Positions 40,701 to 49,608 of a stretch of 64,000 bases of DNA are shown here, piece by piece; within the stretch, counting starts at the first letter, position 1, and each line of letters begins with the position of its first letter. The notes under the pieces were generated by a model. It was not told where the DNA came from, made no database searches, and saw only the letters and a program-made list of their open reading frames with translations. A program made the position numbers and the translations under genes. Source of the stretch: Bacteroidales bacterium (lineage in GTDB: Bacteria; Bacteroidota; Bacteroidia; Bacteroidales; WCHB1-69); assembly GCA_031553535.1 (NCBI GenBank), contig JAVBLM010000017.1, positions 13,542-77,541 of the forward strand. Reading direction: 5' to 3'.

Positions 40701-43387
40701 GAAGCGGATCCGTCTGGTCGGCAACTGTTCCATCGCAATATTACGGCAGTAAAGTTGTTTATTCATTAACCGTATCCGATAATGTAGGAAATACCGAAAC
40801 AATAACGGATTCTACCTATATAAAATTCAGTGGGAAGGTCACCAGCGGTGATATGACAGTACCGCAAACAGGAAGTAACAGTTATAGCATATGTGGAACC
40901 GTTTATCCTAATTTAGGACCTGCATCCGGAACCAGTGGGGGATATTCAAACAGTTGTAATGGATATTCGGTTATATATCCTGCATTTCCGGGTGTTCTGC
41001 TCCAGGTTTCGGGCAGTTTTGCAACAGAATCGTGTTGTGATTATGTACAGATATACGATGGGGTAGGAATTGGAGGAACAATGTTAGGAGAATACCGGGG
41101 GACGGGAACGATTCCTACCTTAACGTCAACAACCGGACCTATTACGATTAGATTTTATTCCGATGGGTCTGTTAATACAGCTAGTAATGCTAATTACACC
41201 GGCTTTGTTATCCAGGTCAATTGTTACGGGAGCACGCTGTATCCTGATAATCAGTTAGCTGTTTTTAATGTGGTTTCCCCTGTAAATAGCCTTGAGGAAT
41301 TGTGTGAACCCGATAATGCTCCTGTAAAAATTGCTGTATCTAATCTGGGCGAAAATGATTACAATTTCGCTGCAAACCCCATAGAATTAGGAGCAAGGAT
41401 TATCAACCCACTTGGACATGATACTGTTTACATAAGGAGAATAGCCGGCGGGACTTTAGTGTCCGGCAAAACGGATACAATGGAGATTGTACCGGCCATA
41501 CCTGTTATGTATGCAGGATATTATGATATTAAAGCCTGGGTAAGTAGTCCGATAGACTATATTGTTTATGATGATACCATTCATTATACATACCTGTCCG
41601 GAAAAGTAGGGTTACCTGTAGACGAAGATTTTAGCGGAAGCAATCTACCTTCCCAGTTTGTACCCAAACTTCTTGTGGGGACAAATACTTGGACGCCTTA
41701 TCAGCCCGATACCAATGTTTCCCCTGTTAAACCACAATTTGGTGCAGGAATGCTCCGTTTTGCAGGAACTGTCGGAACGATGGCTATATTAAGTACCCGT
41801 CAATTGGATATGCATGGAGCAGTCAATCCGAAGTTAGAGTTCTGGTATTTTCATGATACGGCCGTCTCCGTCAGGGATGAGTCTTATACGGATGTTAAGA
41901 TTGTTGCCGATGGTGTTTCCTCAACGGTATTATCCGTTTCTAAAAAAGGCAGCACATATGGCTGGACACAATATACGGTGAATTTAAGTTCCTATGCAAC
42001 CGCCCAATGTGTATTGATAGAATTTGTATCCACGAATGATAATAAATCGGGATTGCAATCCGAACAATATATCGACCGTATTATTATCACCTCCGACCAG
42101 GATCTGGCAATATCGGAAATCTTTATAACACCGGAAATAACCGCTTGTGATTTGAAGAATAAAGACGTATATGTTATTATTCGTGCGCCCATGGCCCAGG
42201 CGATTGATTTTTTACGTTACCCGACAGGCCTGACTGTAGATATTCCGGGTTATACAACTGTTAATTACCCTCTTCGGGGTATACTGAAAGGTAATAATTG
42301 GGATACGATTCTGATCGCTTCCAATATCAATCTGGTACCGGGTAAAAGTAATATAAGAGCATATCTGACTGTTCCTGTTGATAATAATCGTTTGAATGAC
42401 ACGGTAAGCCTTCCATTGGATATCAGTCCTTCGATTTCGGTAACGACACAACCCATATCAGGAGGAACTACGAGTTGCCTGGCAAAGGGTGGACAGATTC
42501 AACAGGAAGTGAAGGTAAAGAATACGGGCAATGTAGAAATTTCCGGAATAGAATTACTGCTGAATGTAATAACTTCTTCCCAACAAACCCTTACTAAATC
42601 AGTAGGGAGTTTGAATCCGGGAGATTCTGCTATTATCCTCTTCGATGTCTATACCGTTCCTGCCGATGCACAATACCAAGTACAGGTTGTAGGATATATG
42701 AGTTGCGATTCCGCTTTGGTAAACAGCAGCACTTCTGTCTCGGAATGTGTAGATATCCACGATCTTGCTATAACACAACTCCTAAGCCCTGACCCTCTGG
42801 ACGGGGGAATCGATCAGGTGGGTTTAACCAAGGAAATAGAAGTTTCCTTAACAAATACAAGCGATATGACAAACTATCAACATATAGATATTACTACATT
42901 GATCGAGAATGAGAATGGTCAGGTACTGGCCAGGCATGAAGATATTATCCCTGTGATTAATGCCTTGGAAAGTAATAAGTCGTTTAAATTCATAGACAAG
43001 TACACCGTTCCTAACGAAGGAGTATATTATGTAAGGGTGTTTATAAGCAAAGTAGATAATTACCAGGAAAATGATACGATCTTGGTATCACGCAGTACGC
43101 AGAACAGATTACAAATAAGAGAAGATAATGTATTTACAATGAGACAGAATATTCCAAATCCGACGGATAACAGTACTATAATAAGGTATAGTGTTCCGGA
43201 ATCAGGAGAGATTATCTTCCGGATCCATAGTATGAATGGTCAAATACTATATAATAGAATAATTCATTCGGAATCAGGAGATCAAAGTATCGAAATAAAT
43301 ACATTGGAATTATCATCCGGTATCTATATGTATTCGATGGAATATAAAGATCAACGTATAGTAAAACGCATGATTATAAAACGATAA
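34784..43387 (+). CDS. Giant modular T9SS-secreted surface protein/adhesin (MAM-like, CARDB/Ig-like scaffold repeats, Gly-rich, beta-helix, CUB, C-terminal sorting domain)
   Basis: Signal peptide from ATG 34784; EDFD..PPGW..GWLLDNF; ECWGAEGG..GGGASDIR..ARVIVAGGGG Gly-rich domain; TESCCDYVQIYDG..RFYSDGSV CUB; QNIPNP..LSSGIYMY..KRMIIKR. Confidence 0.92.
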   Translation: MKRVLFLLTVTLLYLQQVQAQRQTWTEDFDGTLPPPGWTVSSTSLSGSWQPNTVYYKPGSSSTNPQSYRGKLPGNPGDSIVLTTPPYDCTTFEYVYLRFSHICKVSPKDTVKILYRIDGMGAWNPLPGGSYYLGTSNYNSARGFYAGSYPEWRADDSTVFPQQSWWRDELFDLSAVAGIARVEFRFIIKHGSVYGTHVSYGWLLDNFQLDAAVHEIYPPTVEFISPYVRDTVYNTGPWEINAKVKTNTSAPIKTPWLKYRATYNGTLVESDSILMTHVRGDSLWRATIKQFIAGTEISYSVTGIDSVWNTSTANSGYIIAIGSGETLVLQDGSTSVGYYPFQHGYGYSRSMALYPAAEMDKKVPGQISTVALRVATAGSAGFPMKIWLATVPANKTTWDATADNLDWAVLTQNATLVYDDVFRFATTGWNDISLTNMFNYNGTDNLVVLFEQNCTGTSCGSWMSTYSQYYYSTTQTERLWYKYSDNAAPTASSTLYRYAYRPDLRIGVIGTTDSVTVAMHSINMSDTAVISPMTMLPVVATIKNKGSLNLASTVVSYSVNSAAPISKNWYITPGLPWDFNYQDTVGYYTPKVNGFDTLVVWVSSPNGQIDVITWDDTLTKVVYSSTDMFAKFVNSPADTVYSTGPYEIKVKISTLSGTPVNQVPLQVACTYEGITTNDILTMALDASDNLWKTSIPQKRAGTDVAYSINLTDILGNNILLSGSYHIKLSCGSSIAGVADFQYTGNMQSVMLSPGKYELECWGAEGGATNGGGAASGISKIAGKGGYSVGTITLTSRTTVYVYVGGQGLSQAISAPGGFNGGGNSGAGAVIACGSGGGASDIRLGVDDLYARVIVAGGGGAAGFQECNGSSGVISGGHGGGTTGGTPIAGSYAARIGQGGTQMAGGAGGAETYGNGNPGSFGLGGNGAASGTSANGAGGGGGWYGGGAGANGSNCAAGGGGGSGYVYTLATASNYPAGCLLPNSHYLADAQIMGGNQSFLGPDTISEVGHSGNGYVRIRTISLFGDCPDYAAGTYSIDMPDTIMVSPAAFPVVATIRNAGVLDIDSAIVSYSVNGSVPVSKKWYSNPALPWDFNHQDTVGYYAPKLNGYDTLVVWVSLPNGEIDTITWDDTLTKVIYGTADMFIAFVNPPADTVFATGPYEIKARVSTLSGTPVTQVPLHLAYTHEGVTTHDILSMNLDAADNLWKTIIPQKRFGTDVAYSINLTDLLGNNILSSDSYFIKKVCSGGRTCDTNSVALKSVNSPGNSGEPAAIPVPVHVTILNKGIADLDSCFLNWSLNGVVQPGTTVYKGKLLDDFTDTITIGYYIAVAGKRDTVAAWVSMPNGHQDSTTKDDTLRVSPLGCASVLAGTYRIGQGGAFASLDDALTSIRNCGVNDHITLELKGTDTTNVNLSNMSDYMRGYTLTITSYDHDADSAVIYVKSGTGITFNNTSNIVFNNITIDGRNSNAHVVSFTAKADNIVFNHCKILGSPTTTSGYYCFYKTSGTGILNKLTVKNCIVDGGHTGIYFYVGSGDRAGITNIYIDSNKFINQYHTGVYCYYVYPTSISYNSIAPRSAGQGTTWYGINVYEGRSLSSGSKIVGNRIHSDNPGISSTLYGMRTYYVDSMLVTNNEIYLHSSASTTYGLYIDYPKGVDYLHNSILLTGTGGSTFIAVYWYTYENTSWDATMKNNIFIANGPNAAYAMYLIASPASYAANHRIDYNNYYSSGTNMGYAGTARTDLAAWRSAVTTDIHSVNILPEFTDVSSSLILDNYTSVFCPRLPGCTDDLLKAPRRSTTSMGAYTMPISSFDLMNLAVTNVPATVVKGQTVTVKVNVIGLGDTLIRNATFGWSLNGVTQTPPPTHTFAPVLNTFQTAEITIGTFAAQDTVTDIVVWIDQVNGKKDDNRYNDTANFTLVRVPMIEFMAPFVEDTIFQLSFGVNARINNGTGAPVSIPKLYIQTTVNGNYQLYDSITMVRSGSVWSATVPSQYYGSKVVYSLTVSDNVGNTETITDSTYIKFSGKVTSGDMTVPQTGSNSYSICGTVYPNLGPASGTSGGYSNSCNGYSVIYPAFPGVLLQVSGSFATESCCDYVQIYDGVGIGGTMLGEYRGTGTIPTLTSTTGPITIRFYSDGSVNTASNANYTGFVIQVNCYGSTLYPDNQLAVFNVVSPVNSLEELCEPDNAPVKIAVSNLGENDYNFAANPIELGARIINPLGHDTVYIRRIAGGTLVSGKTDTMEIVPAIPVMYAGYYDIKAWVSSPIDYIVYDDTIHYTYLSGKVGLPVDEDFSGSNLPSQFVPKLLVGTNTWTPYQPDTNVSPVKPQFGAGMLRFAGTVGTMAILSTRQLDMHGAVNPKLEFWYFHDTAVSVRDESYTDVKIVADGVSSTVLSVSKKGSTYGWTQYTVNLSSYATAQCVLIEFVSTNDNKSGLQSEQYIDRIIITSDQDLAISEIFITPEITACDLKNKDVYVIIRAPMAQAIDFLRYPTGLTVDIPGYTTVNYPLRGILKGNNWDTILIASNINLVPGKSNIRAYLTVPVDNNRLNDTVSLPLDISPSISVTTQPISGGTTSCLAKGGQIQQEVKVKNTGNVEISGIELLLNVITSSQQTLTKSVGSLNPGDSAIILFDVYTVPADAQYQVQVVGYMSCDSALVNSSTSVSECVDIHDLAITQLLSPDPLDGGIDQVGLTKEIEVSLTNTSDMTNYQHIDITTLIENENGQVLARHEDIIPVINALESNKSFKFIDKYTVPNEGVYYVRVFISKVDNYQENDTILVSRSTQNRLQIREDNVFTMRQNIPNPTDNSTIIRYSVPESGEIIFRIHSMNGQILYNRIIHSESGDQSIEINTLELSSGIYMYSMEYKDQRIVKRMIIKR

Positions 43388-43407
43388 ATAAAAATCTTTT
43401 TCATTAT

Positions 43408-43437
43408 GGCTACCCCTCCCCGGGGTGGCCTTTTTTT
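43408..43437 (+). terminator. Rho-independent terminator of the giant gene
   Basis: ggctacccc/ggggtggcc stem + T7. Confidence 0.85.
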
Positions 43438-43695
43438 CTTTAAATCTGATGTTGATTGGAACGCAATTGTTAGGGTTAATCTTGTCTCTGCAAAAACTTT
43501 ATTAACGCTGATAAATAAGATTTAAGTTATGAGTAAATGATATTCATTCACATCAGAAATCCTCCATTTTAGGATAAGTGTTAGAGTAAGTAAATAATCG
43601 AAAATTGATAGATTTTAGGCCAAATTCGCAGCAATTGTCAAATTACGTAGAAACAAAAAAAGCTAACAATCTTCCGATTATTAGCTTTCTTCCAG

Positions 43696-43768
43696 TGTTC
43701 CAGCTGGGATTCGAACCCAGGACCCCATCCTTAAAAGGGATGTGCTCTACCTGCTGAGCTACTGAAAC
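43696..43768 (-). tRNA. tRNA-Lys (anticodon UUU)
   Basis: Acceptor GTTTCAG/CTGGAAC, D arm AGCTCAGCAGGTAGAGC, anticodon arm CATCC-CTTTTAA-GGATG, GGTTCGAATCC T arm; TACCTTTG promoter at 43787-43794. Confidence 0.96.
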
Positions 43769-43864
43769 TCCATTAATTTCGAGTTGCAAAGGTACGATAA
43801 TTTTCAATATAAACAACTTTTTTATCCAAAAAAAGAAAAATACACTGTAATTTATTTATAATCA

Positions 43865-44779
43865 TTATCTTATTTTATACCTGGGATGATACGATAAAAT
43901 AGCATCTTCCAAATATTGACGGTCAATATGGGTATATATCTCTGTTGTAGTAATGGATTCGTGTCCCAGCATCATTTGTATTGCTCTCAAATCAGCGCCT
44001 CCCTCTAACAGATGAGTAGCAAAACTATGTCGAAATGTATGAGGGCTGATTGTTTTTTGAATACCTGCTTTTTCTGCAGCCTGTTTAATCATTGAAAAAA
44101 CATATACTCTTGTTAATTGCTTCCCTCTTCTATTCAAAAAAACATAATCTTCATGCCCTTTTTGAATATGTAAATGAACACGAATATCCTTTATATATAA
44201 ATTGATCAACTTAATTGCATAACGACCAATAGGAACAATACGTTGTTTATTCCCTTTTCCATGTACAAAAATGATATTATCTTTAAACCGGAGATTTGAT
44301 AATTTCAAATTCACTAATTCGGAAACACGCAATCCACAAGAATATAATGTCTCAATAATTGCCTTATCCCTGAAATGTTCCGGCTTTGAAACATCCATTG
44401 TATTTTCAATCTCCTCAATTTCCTCAAAACTGAGTACCTGTGGTAATTTTCGCACTCTTCTGGGCGACTCTACCAACTCCAATGGATTATAGCTTATTAG
44501 GTCTTCATATAATAAATATTTATAAAAAGATTTTATCCCCGATAAACAACGCGCTTGTGAATTTTCACTCATCTGTTTTTCTTCATTCAAATAATTCACA
44601 AATTTCTGAATGTTTTCCATTTTTAACTCGACAGGATCAGGTATTTGAACAAAATCTTTCTGCAAGTATTCCTGAAGTAATTCCACATCATGCAAATAGG
44701 CAAATAATGTATTATTGGATAGGGACTTGTCTACCAATAAAAAATTCTTAAACCCGAGAAGTGCATCTTCCCAATTCAT
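43865..44779 (-). CDS. xerD: Site-specific tyrosine recombinase XerD
   Basis: LYSCGLRVSEL, GKGNKQRIVP, SPHTFRHSFATHLLEGGADLRAIQMMLGH, TTEIYTH. Confidence 0.92.
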   Translation of the reverse strand: MNWEDALLGFKNFLLVDKSLSNNTLFAYLHDVELLQEYLQKDFVQIPDPVELKMENIQKFVNYLNEEKQMSENSQARCLSGIKSFYKYLLYEDLISYNPLELVESPRRVRKLPQVLSFEEIEEIENTMDVSKPEHFRDKAIIETLYSCGLRVSELVNLKLSNLRFKDNIIFVHGKGNKQRIVPIGRYAIKLINLYIKDIRVHLHIQKGHEDYVFLNRRGKQLTRVYVFSMIKQAAEKAGIQKTISPHTFRHSFATHLLEGGADLRAIQMMLGHESITTTEIYTHIDRQYLEDAILSYHPRYKIR

Positions 44780-44782
44780 TGT

Positions 44783-46720
44783 TTAGAATCCGATAATTGT
44801 AAATTCCGTACGTCTGTTTAAAGCCCGTCCTTCCGGAGTATCGTTGGTTGAAATAGGCTTGTCAAAACCATATCCGGCGTGAGTCATTCTGTTTGAATCT
44901 ATTCCTTTGCTTACCAAATAATCAAATACGGCTTTTGCCCTGTTTTTGGATAAAGTGGCATTGTGCTCTTTACTTCCAATATTATCTGTGTGTCCACTGA
45001 TCTCCACTTTCATTTGAGGATTTTGTTTCATAAGGGTAACCAAACGATTTAGTTCCACTTCCGATTCAGGTTTCAATTCCGATTTATCCGTATCAAAGAA
45101 TACATTTTTCAATACAATACTTTCCCCCAATTCTATCCGCTTCAATGCAATATCCTTTTCGTAAGGAACCATCTTTGAATACTCTCCATCTATTTCAAAA
45201 TTCTCGGAATAAAATAGATAGTGTTCTTTTGTAGCATTTAAAGCGTAATGACTGTTTGTAGGGATACAAACCAGAAATTCTCCTGTCATAGGGTCGGAAG
45301 AAGAAGTAACAACTACTTTATTTGTCTTCAAGTCAATTACTTCAAATAATGCCTCTAAGGGTTTTTCATCCTTACTATCAAAAATTCTCCCTTTAAAATA
45401 AGTAACCGGTAAAGGTCGCCGGGATTCAGGCAATTCAAACCAATAGAGATCCAATCCTCCGAATCCACCTTTTTTATTGGAAGAAAAAAAGGCTTTATCT
45501 CCTTTTGCATTTACTATTAAATTAAATTCATTAGCAATTGTATTCATAGGATAGCCCATATTTATCGGCTCGCCCCATGTTCCATCTTCCTGTAAGATAC
45601 TGTAAAATATATCTTCTCCACCCATACCCCGATGTCCGGTTGAGGCAAAATAAAGTGTAACCCCATCAGGATGGAAAAAAGGAGAAATTTCATCTTTCAT
45701 CGTATTGATCGGAGCACCTAAATTAACAGGTTCACTAAAAACACCTTCTTCCAGCATGGTTGTTTTCCATATGTCAATATTTCCCAATCCTCCGGGACGA
45801 TTACTCGCATATAAAATAGTTTTCCCATCTGCTGAAAAAGTAGGTTGAGATTCCCAATAACGTGTATTAACAGGCTTTCCAAAGTTTTGAGGTTTAGACC
45901 ATACTTCTCCTATTCTTTTCGACCAATATAAATCACAACTCCCCATACCATCTTCTCTATCACAACCTGTAAAAATAAGATACTTTCCATCAGGAGAAAT
46001 ACATTGCGCTCCTTCATTATAAGAAGTATTAATCGGCCGCCCTAAAGGCCTACGTTTTGCCCACTCACCATCAACTTTTTTACTCACATAAAAATCCTCC
46101 TCTTCCTTGCAATTCGGACATTTGGTCCGACTATCGGCAGGACGACGGACTGTAAAAATCAACTCCGATTCATCTGCTGTTAAAGTAGGCAGGTATTCCG
46201 ACCAAGAAGAATTAATATTCTTTCCCATATTTTGAGGACTAATCGACAATGAATCCGCCATCATTTTTGCTCTCCATAAACAAAGTTCATAGCTACTATA
46301 AACTCCTTGGGTCTTATTCCCATCCGGACGTTTAATAAAAAAAGTTTCAAAATATATGACTGCCTGAGCAGGATCTCCACAATTCATAAATTCATATCCT
46401 GCGGAAAGATATATTTTAGCAGGATGATCGGCATCTATTTCAAGCGCTTTTTTATAATATAAACAAGATTGTTCACAATCTCTCGAAAGAGAATACCCTT
46501 CGGCAATCAAAATGTAAGCATCTACAAAAGAAGGATCTTCCTTTATAGCAAGCTTAGCATATGTTATAGCTTCTGTAAAGTTACGATTGGAAAGTTCTTT
46601 ATATGCTTTCTTAAATTCTTTAATTGCTTTTTTATTTGTCGAAGTAGAAACCGTTTGAGTATAACAATGATTTACAAATAAACAAAAAATCAAACTTAAG
46701 AAAACATACCATCTTTTCAT
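44783..46720 (-). CDS. TPR + PD40 beta-propeller + OmpA C-terminal protein (PorE/PG1058-like)
   Basis: N-terminal TPR; N.G..INT..E..P..S.DG repeats; FFDTDKS..ISGHTDNIG..LSKNRA..NRRTEF. Confidence 0.88.
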   Translation of the reverse strand: MKRWYVFLSLIFCLFVNHCYTQTVSTSTNKKAIKEFKKAYKELSNRNFTEAITYAKLAIKEDPSFVDAYILIAEGYSLSRDCEQSCLYYKKALEIDADHPAKIYLSAGYEFMNCGDPAQAVIYFETFFIKRPDGNKTQGVYSSYELCLWRAKMMADSLSISPQNMGKNINSSWSEYLPTLTADESELIFTVRRPADSRTKCPNCKEEEDFYVSKKVDGEWAKRRPLGRPINTSYNEGAQCISPDGKYLIFTGCDREDGMGSCDLYWSKRIGEVWSKPQNFGKPVNTRYWESQPTFSADGKTILYASNRPGGLGNIDIWKTTMLEEGVFSEPVNLGAPINTMKDEISPFFHPDGVTLYFASTGHRGMGGEDIFYSILQEDGTWGEPINMGYPMNTIANEFNLIVNAKGDKAFFSSNKKGGFGGLDLYWFELPESRRPLPVTYFKGRIFDSKDEKPLEALFEVIDLKTNKVVVTSSSDPMTGEFLVCIPTNSHYALNATKEHYLFYSENFEIDGEYSKMVPYEKDIALKRIELGESIVLKNVFFDTDKSELKPESEVELNRLVTLMKQNPQMKVEISGHTDNIGSKEHNATLSKNRAKAVFDYLVSKGIDSNRMTHAGYGFDKPISTNDTPEGRALNRRTEFTIIGF

Positions 46721-46730
46721 TTTTCTTTTT

Positions 46731-48350
46731 TTAATGTTGAATAAATAGTTTTTTAAAAACAATACCTTTATCCGTCAACAATTCTATGATGAAAACGCCT
46801 GAAGTTAAATCACCCACATTTAAATCTACCATTGATGAATTTATATTTGCAGATCTAATCCGTTGTCCGTTAACAGCATATATTTTATATGAGTGAATTT
46901 GTGTATTCGCTGCTATCCGAACAATATCATTTGCAGGATTCGGGGAAAGTAAAATATTTATTATTTCTTGTTCAAAACGTATTGTATTTACATTCTCATA
47001 AGGATCATATCCATTAAGTACTTCAATACCTGTCCCAAGAGGATCCAGCCAATAATCCAAACGATTGCTATCGGGGCTGTTTCCATTTGTCCATGAATAT
47101 GAAACTTTACCAAACAAATCATACCCGTCATTAGGCAAACTTCCATTGCATTCTGCTATTCCACCTTCCAATTGCCCGATTATTTGTTCCAATACATTAA
47201 ACAAGGCAGATCCTGAAGAACCTCCTTGCGTTGTTCCCGAGTCCCAATATGTAACCTCCCAATGTGTATTTTTAGGGTATGAAGGATCTTCATCTTCCCA
47301 ATTCGAACTATCCAATAATTTATTGTCTTTGGATATTTTTTTCAGGTCCCCGTTAGGATGGTGAATACAAACAGCACCTGCCACCGCAATATTTCGTCGA
47401 TCCCATCCCGCATAATAAGGAAGGGAATCTTTGGGAGGAATATTATTTAATAATAATAAAGCAAAATCGGAATGAGGGTGTTTTGCCAACAAAGTAGCTC
47501 CATTGATTGAATAGGATGGCTTCGCCGTACTCTCTCCACAACCTGTTGATTCGTAATTAAAAACAAATACAAACTGAGATGGGTTAGAAGTCATACAATG
47601 ATTTGCCGTTAAAAAATAAGGTTTCCCATCTTGAGCGGTATTGTTAATCAATGTTCCGGAACAATGTGCACTCCCCCCTCTCAAAATCAATGCAACTGCT
47701 CTCTTTGCATTCGGATACATGCTTCCGATACTACAATTTACATCCATATTGCATTTTTCTGAACTGCCATAGATTCCTCGTTTGAAAAAGAAGTCCTTAT
47801 ATCCATGAACTACAGTTGAAAGATTTAAAATCCCCAAACCCTGATCTTGCGAAGCTTCATAATATTCCAGCACGATAGCATCCCCAGGCAATAACGATGT
47901 GGCAAAATTTCCCCACCGGTTATTATTTTCTCCCGTAAATGATCCTATAACATATGATTTATCTTCAGTATAAATGAAAAGATTGGAAAATGGAGGAATA
48001 TAAAAGCTATCAAAAAGTAAATTTAACGAATATGCTCCCATAGATTGTATTCCCAACCTCCATAGTCGGGCACCATTAGATAATGTATCCCATAAGCCGG
48101 CATTTTCCAAACTGTAATCTACATCTATTTCTTTCCCGAAAATAAACCCTTCTTCTTTTGTGGGAATAACTTCCTCTTTCAATAGTATTTCATTATCCAA
48201 GTACGATAAGAATTCCATATTAAGTGGCGATAAGGATATGCTTTTCTTAAAGCTATATGGTCTTCCTCCATGACCGATTTGTGCCGATGCAGAAAAGAAT
48301 ATCCCTAAAAAAAAGCCAATGAAAATCGTTATTTTACAACTTTTATACAT
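46731..48350 (-). CDS. Lysyl-endopeptidase-like S1 serine protease with T9SS C-terminal domain
   Basis: CSGTLINN, LTANHC, DFALL, IHHP.GD.K, GGSSGS; SPNPAND..LTSGVFIIE..KKLFIQH. Confidence 0.9.
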   Translation of the reverse strand: MYKSCKITIFIGFFLGIFFSASAQIGHGGRPYSFKKSISLSPLNMEFLSYLDNEILLKEEVIPTKEEGFIFGKEIDVDYSLENAGLWDTLSNGARLWRLGIQSMGAYSLNLLFDSFYIPPFSNLFIYTEDKSYVIGSFTGENNNRWGNFATSLLPGDAIVLEYYEASQDQGLGILNLSTVVHGYKDFFFKRGIYGSSEKCNMDVNCSIGSMYPNAKRAVALILRGGSAHCSGTLINNTAQDGKPYFLTANHCMTSNPSQFVFVFNYESTGCGESTAKPSYSINGATLLAKHPHSDFALLLLNNIPPKDSLPYYAGWDRRNIAVAGAVCIHHPNGDLKKISKDNKLLDSSNWEDEDPSYPKNTHWEVTYWDSGTTQGGSSGSALFNVLEQIIGQLEGGIAECNGSLPNDGYDLFGKVSYSWTNGNSPDSNRLDYWLDPLGTGIEVLNGYDPYENVNTIRFEQEIINILLSPNPANDIVRIAANTQIHSYKIYAVNGQRIRSANINSSMVDLNVGDLTSGVFIIELLTDKGIVFKKLFIQH

Positions 48351-48417
48351 AACTTCTGTTAATAAATAATATCAAACTAAAAGCAGCTATACGTCTTTTC
48401 TTCTTGTGAAAAGAATG

Positions 48418-49608
48418 CTATTTCAGAATGTTTAATTCTTTCGCTACTTTAGTAAAGGCATTAATTGCCTTATCCAATTGGTCTGTTTCATGTGCGGCCG
48501 ACAGCTGAACGCGAATGCGTGCCTGATCTTTGGGAACAACCGGATAGCTAAACCCGATTACATAAATACCTTCTTCCAACAAACGATCGGCAAATTTACC
48601 CGCCAAAGCAGCATCATAAATCATTACTGCACAAATAGCAGATTGTGTAGGTTTTATGTCAAATCCTGCAGTTTTCATTTTGGCAATGAAATAGTCTGTA
48701 TTTGCATGGAGTTTATCCTGTAATTGATTTGTTTCATCCATCATCTCAAACATACGGATTCCAGCGGCTGCAACCATAGGAGGGATAGAATTAGAAAATA
48801 AATAAGGACGTGAACGTTGACGGAGCATTTCAATAATTTCTTTTTTCCCTGTAGTAAATCCTCCTATTGCTCCCCCGAAGGCTTTCCCTAATGTTCCGGT
48901 AATAATTTCAACTTTTCCCCTGCAATCATGCAATTCCGTTACTCCCCGACCTGTTTTTCCTACAACACCGGCAGAATGACTTTCATCAACCAAAACCATT
49001 GCGTCATACTTGGCAGCAAGATCCATTATTTTTTTCATAGGAGCAACATTTCCATCCATAGAAAAAACACCATCGGTGACAATTAAACGAAAACGACATT
49101 TTTGTGCATCCTGTAATTGCTTTTCCAAGTCTGCCATGTCTGCATTGGCATAACGGAACCGTTGCGCTTTACACAAACGAACACCATCAATTATAGAAGC
49201 ATGATTTAATGCATCGGAAATAATTGCATCTTCTTCTGTTAGAAGAGGCTCAAAAACTCCTCCGTTAGCATCAAAACAAGCGGCATATAAAATGGTATCT
49301 TCCGTACCGAAAAACTTGGCAATTCTTCCCTCTAATTCTTTATGTAAATCGGATGTTCCACAAATAAAACGAACAGAGGCCATTCCATAACCACGGTCTT
49401 GCAGGCATTTGATTGCAGCATTTTCCAATTCCTTATTATTGGCTAATCCTAAATAATTATTGGCACAAAAATTCAATACTTCTTTCCCTGTGTTAATTTT
49501 TATTTTTGAGGATTGGGAAGAAACCAAAATACGTTCATTTTTATATGTTCCGGATGCTTTTATTTCTTCTATTTGTTGTGTAAGATGTTTTTGAAATTTG
49601 TCGTACAT
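48418..49608 (-). CDS. kbl: Glycine C-acetyltransferase (2-amino-3-ketobutyrate CoA ligase)
   Basis: NFCANNYLGL, SVRFICGT, DGVFSMDG, TLGKA, RQRSRPYLFSN, ARIRVQLSAAH. Confidence 0.96.
   Translation of the reverse strand: MYDKFQKHLTQQIEEIKASGTYKNERILVSSQSSKIKINTGKEVLNFCANNYLGLANNKELENAAIKCLQDRGYGMASVRFICGTSDLHKELEGRIAKFFGTEDTILYAACFDANGGVFEPLLTEEDAIISDALNHASIIDGVRLCKAQRFRYANADMADLEKQLQDAQKCRFRLIVTDGVFSMDGNVAPMKKIMDLAAKYDAMVLVDESHSAGVVGKTGRGVTELHDCRGKVEIITGTLGKAFGGAIGGFTTGKKEIIEMLRQRSRPYLFSNSIPPMVAAAGIRMFEMMDETNQLQDKLHANTDYFIAKMKTAGFDIKPTQSAICAVMIYDAALAGKFADRLLEEGIYVIGFSYPVVPKDQARIRVQLSAAHETDQLDKAINAFTKVAKELNILK

Noticed and set aside
32372-44779. Genomic island/prophage integrated at tRNA-Lys by the adjacent tyrosine recombinase
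   Set aside because: The recombinase is a typical housekeeping XerD on the 5' side of the tRNA. I found no duplicated tRNA 3' end and no phage structural genes.
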